A program made the position numbers and the translations under genes. From the NCBI GenBank assembly GCA_964631685.1, contig CAZVZU010000008.1, forward strand, positions 1 to 64,000: a DNA stretch of 64,000 nt, read 5' to 3'. Source of the stretch: an uncultured Actinomycetes bacterium. Its GTDB lineage: Bacteria > SZUA-79 > Acidulodesulfobacterales > Acidulodesulfobacteraceae. Shown here piece after piece: positions 59,750 through 64,000 of the stretch. The notes under the pieces were generated by a model. It worked only from the letters and a program-made list of their open reading frames with translations. It searched no databases and was not told where the DNA came from. How positions within the stretch are numbered: the stretch's first letter is position 1; each line of letters begins with the position of its first letter.

Positions 59750-60676
59750 ATGCTTGCTTCTATTGATATTGGGACAAATACTATTCGGTGCCTTATTGTT
59801 GATTCTAAAAAGGATGTTTTGGTCCCAAAATATGCGGATATGAGAATAATCAGGTTAGGGGAGGACTTTACAAAAGCAGGGGTTATAACAGATGCTTCCA
59901 TTTTAAGATTAAATGATGCATTGGCCTATTATTTAAAAAAGATTGAGGATTTTGGGGTGAAACGGGACAAGGTGATAGTTGCCGGTACTAGTATTTTAAG
60001 GGATGCTCCCAATAGCACTGAAATTTTAGATAGTATATATAAAGAATTTGGTTTAACCATACACATTATAAGCGGAGAAAAAGAGGCGTCTGTGACGCTT
60101 GCAGGTATAACGTCTTGCTTTGAAGATTTAAATGAATTTTATGCATTGGATATTGGAGGGGGTTCCACTGAATATGCCTGCTTTAAAAATGGCTTGCCGT
60201 TTTGGAAGTATAGTTTAAATTTAGGAGTTGTCCATTTAACGGAGAGGATTTTAACATCACAACCCGCATCAACTTACGATTTGTTAAAATTAGAAAAGGA
60301 AATAGACAACAGTTTAATGTCGCTAAAACGCAGGATACATAGTACCGGTTATGCATTTAAGCCATTGAGCCTTTTTGGGACTGCGGGAACGGCGACAACA
60401 CTCGCGATGGTAGACTTAAAATTAAACGCGTATGAAAGGCTTAAGGTGCACGGTTATACCTTAAAAAAAGCTAATATTGAAAATATTTATAAGCAATTTA
60501 TAAATAAAAGGCCGGATGAAAGGCTTAATATAATTGGGGTCGAAAAAGGAAGAGAGGATGTTGTTCTGGCCGGAACCGCTATAATGCTTAAAAGTATAGA
60601 ATTTTTCGAAACAGATAGGCTTATCGTTTCGGAATGCGGCCTATTAGAAGGGCTTATAGGACGCGATAACATATAG
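59750..60676 (+). CDS. ppx: Ppx/GppA family phosphatase (short form)
   Basis: IDIGTNT, RLGE, ISGEKEA, DIGGGSTE, GTAGT, REDV..AG, GLLEG. Confidence 0.9.
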   Translation: MLASIDIGTNTIRCLIVDSKKDVLVPKYADMRIIRLGEDFTKAGVITDASILRLNDALAYYLKKIEDFGVKRDKVIVAGTSILRDAPNSTEILDSIYKEFGLTIHIISGEKEASVTLAGITSCFEDLNEFYALDIGGGSTEYACFKNGLPFWKYSLNLGVVHLTERILTSQPASTYDLLKLEKEIDNSLMSLKRRIHSTGYAFKPLSLFGTAGTATTLAMVDLKLNAYERLKVHGYTLKKANIENIYKQFINKRPDERLNIIGVEKGREDVVLAGTAIMLKSIEFFETDRLIVSECGLLEGLIGRDNI

Positions 60677-60682
60677 CAAGAA

Positions 60683-60714
60683 AAGTGTCATAAAAAAATA
60701 TATAAGTGTCATAA
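60683..60714. repeat. 11-bp direct repeat upstream of guaB
   Basis: AAGTGTCATAA at 60683-60693 and 60704-60714 (21-bp period). Confidence 0.6.
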
Positions 60715-60741
60715 GATAAAAATAATTAATTTAATTAATAG

Positions 60742-62214
<1,473 letters not shown>

Positions 62215-62221
62215 TTCTAAT

Positions 62222-63766
62222 ATGAAAAATACATTTTCTAAGGTTTTGATAATAGATTTCGGTTCTCAATATACCCAGCTTATTGCTAGAAGGATAAGAG
62301 AAAACGAAGTGTACTGTGAGATTTATTCATTTAGAACTTCTTTTGAGAAAATAAAAGATTTTAAGCCGAATGCAATTATACTTTCGGGTGGCCCGTCGTC
62401 CGTTTATGACGACGATGCCCCCCTTATAACAAAGGATATCTTTAAGATTGATGTTCCTTTCTTAGGGATTTGTTACGGTATGCAGATTATGGCCTATCTT
62501 CTTTCGGGTGATATCGTGTCCACAAAGAACAGAGAATACGGACACTCTAAACTCAAAACTACAGGAGAAAGCCAGCTCTTTGAGGGATGCGAAGCATCAA
62601 GTTTTGCATGGATGAGCCACGGTGATATTATTATAAAAAGCCCCCGCAACTTTGTAGTTACTTCTCAAACGGATAGTTGTTCCATTGCTTCCTTTGAAAG
62701 TATAGAAAGAAAAATTTACGGGCTTCAGTTTCATCCCGAAGTTGCCCATACTGTTCACGGCCGAAAGATATTGAATAATTTTTTATTTAAAATTGCGAAG
62801 GTTAAGAAAACGTGGAAGCTTAAAGATTTCATAGAAGATAAGGTGCATGAGATTAAAAATGTTGCAGGTGGTAAAAATGCGATATGTGCACTTTCAGGAG
62901 GGGTTGATTCTACTGTTGCTGCTGTTCTTGCAAATAAAGCAATGGGCAATAGGCTTAAGTGCATATTTGTTGACAACGGTCTTTTGAGAGAAAATGAGGG
63001 GAAGTCGGTTATAAAGTTTTACAGAGAAAATTTAAAATTAAATGTAAAACTTGTAAATGCATCTAATTTATTCCTGAAGGCGTTAAAAGGGGTTACTAAT
63101 CCGGAAAGAAAGAGGAAAATAATAGGAAGACTTTTTATTGAAATATTCGATAAAGAGGCTAAAAATATAGGGGATGTAGATTTTTTAGTACAGGGAACGC
63201 TTTATCCCGATGTTATAGAATCGGTCAAGATATTTGGAGCTTCCAGCGTAATCAAAAGTCATCACAATGTTGGGGGTCTTCCAAAAAAATTAAAATTACA
63301 ATTAATTGAGCCTTTAAAGGAATTATTTAAAGATGAGGTCAGGGCTATTGGCAAAAATCTAGGTATTCCTCGGGAAATTATCGAGAGACAACCGTTTCCC
63401 GGACCGGGACTTGCCATAAGGATAATTGGAGATGTTAGCAGGAAGGGACTTGGCATATTAAGGCAAGCGAATACTATTGTTACGGAAGAAATAGGGAAAG
63501 CAAAATTAGAAGGTGATATTTGGCAGGCTTTTCCCGTTTTAATCCCGATTAAAACCGTAGGCGTTATGGGGGATAAAAGGAGTTACGAATCCCTTATAGC
63601 ATTAAGAGCGGTTAGCTCGACCGATGGTATGACGGCAGATTTTATAAAATTAGATTACGATGTCCTAAGAACTATTTCTGCTCGAATAATTTCAGAAATT
63701 AAAGGTATTAACAGGGTGGTCTACGATATTACGTCAAAGCCTCCATCAACCATAGAGTGGGAGTAG
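62222..63766 (+). CDS. guaA: GMP synthase (glutamine-hydrolysing)
   Basis: DFGSQYTQLIARR, GICYGMQ, QFHPEV, SGGVDS, KSHHNVGG, PFPGPGL, KPPSTIEWE. Confidence 0.97.
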   Translation: MKNTFSKVLIIDFGSQYTQLIARRIRENEVYCEIYSFRTSFEKIKDFKPNAIILSGGPSSVYDDDAPLITKDIFKIDVPFLGICYGMQIMAYLLSGDIVSTKNREYGHSKLKTTGESQLFEGCEASSFAWMSHGDIIIKSPRNFVVTSQTDSCSIASFESIERKIYGLQFHPEVAHTVHGRKILNNFLFKIAKVKKTWKLKDFIEDKVHEIKNVAGGKNAICALSGGVDSTVAAVLANKAMGNRLKCIFVDNGLLRENEGKSVIKFYRENLKLNVKLVNASNLFLKALKGVTNPERKRKIIGRLFIEIFDKEAKNIGDVDFLVQGTLYPDVIESVKIFGASSVIKSHHNVGGLPKKLKLQLIEPLKELFKDEVRAIGKNLGIPREIIERQPFPGPGLAIRIIGDVSRKGLGILRQANTIVTEEIGKAKLEGDIWQAFPVLIPIKTVGVMGDKRSYESLIALRAVSSTDGMTADFIKLDYDVLRTISARIISEIKGINRVVYDITSKPPSTIEWE

Positions 63767-63775
63767 TAATTTTTT

Positions 63776-64000
63776 ATGAATAATTTCGTCCATCTCCATG
63801 TGCATTCGCATTACAGCCTTTTGGACGGCGCTATCAAGATTGATGATATCCTTGACAAGGCAATAGAATTTAATATGCCTGCAGTGGCAATTACTGATCA
63901 CGGAAATATGTTTGGCGCTATCGAATTTTACGAAAAGGCTTTAAAGAAATCCGTTAAGCCGATAATAGGATGCGAGATGTATATCGCGAGATCCGACATG
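63776..64000 (+). CDS. dnaE: DNA polymerase III alpha subunit, N-terminal PHP domain (truncated by window end)
   Basis: [19 protein letters not shown]...[16 protein letters not shown]....KPIIGCEMY. Confidence 0.93.
   Translation, partial: MNNFVHLHVHSHYSLLDGAIKIDDILDKAIEFNMPAVAITDHGNMFGAIEFYEKALKKSVKPIIGCEMYIARSDM

Overview
AT-rich bacterial chromosome segment of a Gram-negative organism. Gene content and the basic periplasmic proteins suggest an acidophilic deltaproteobacterium-like lineage such as Ca. Acidulodesulfobacterium (inference only). 1-5.2 kb holds LPS/O-polysaccharide genes: a large three-domain GT4 glycosyltransferase running off the left edge (absent from the ORF track), gmd and a GT9. 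5.3-13.5 kb is an accessory redox/sulfur/Fe-S island: SpoIIAA-like protein, Cys-rich DUF5714-like protein (possible C-terminal Cys-Sec), a convergent DUF59 + membrane protein / hemerythrin + DUF2249 module whose two promoters each carry a CRP/FNR-family box at -41.5, then an LbpA-like lipoyl carrier, a thioredoxin-like protein and a heme-c-sensor GGDEF-EAL protein. Next come class II RNR (nrdJ) with tandem NrdR boxes, tolQRAB-cpoB without pal, tsaD, rsmA, glpK, an orphan pol-beta nucleotidyltransferase, fxsA, panD-amidohydrolase-panC, a DUF4912 + three GH57 + glgA alpha-glucan cluster, an O-antigen ligase-like gene, a priming sugar transferase and DUF445. The rest is housekeeping: aconitase, nadK, recN, GNAT, rhodanese, PPDK regulator, pmbA, secA, argJ, deacetylase, rpsB-tsf-pyrH-frr-uppS-cdsA-dxr, gamma-CA, ppx, guaB, guaA and the start of dnaE. 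I saw no tRNA, rRNA, CRISPR array or mobile element. All family assignments come from motif recognition, not database searches.
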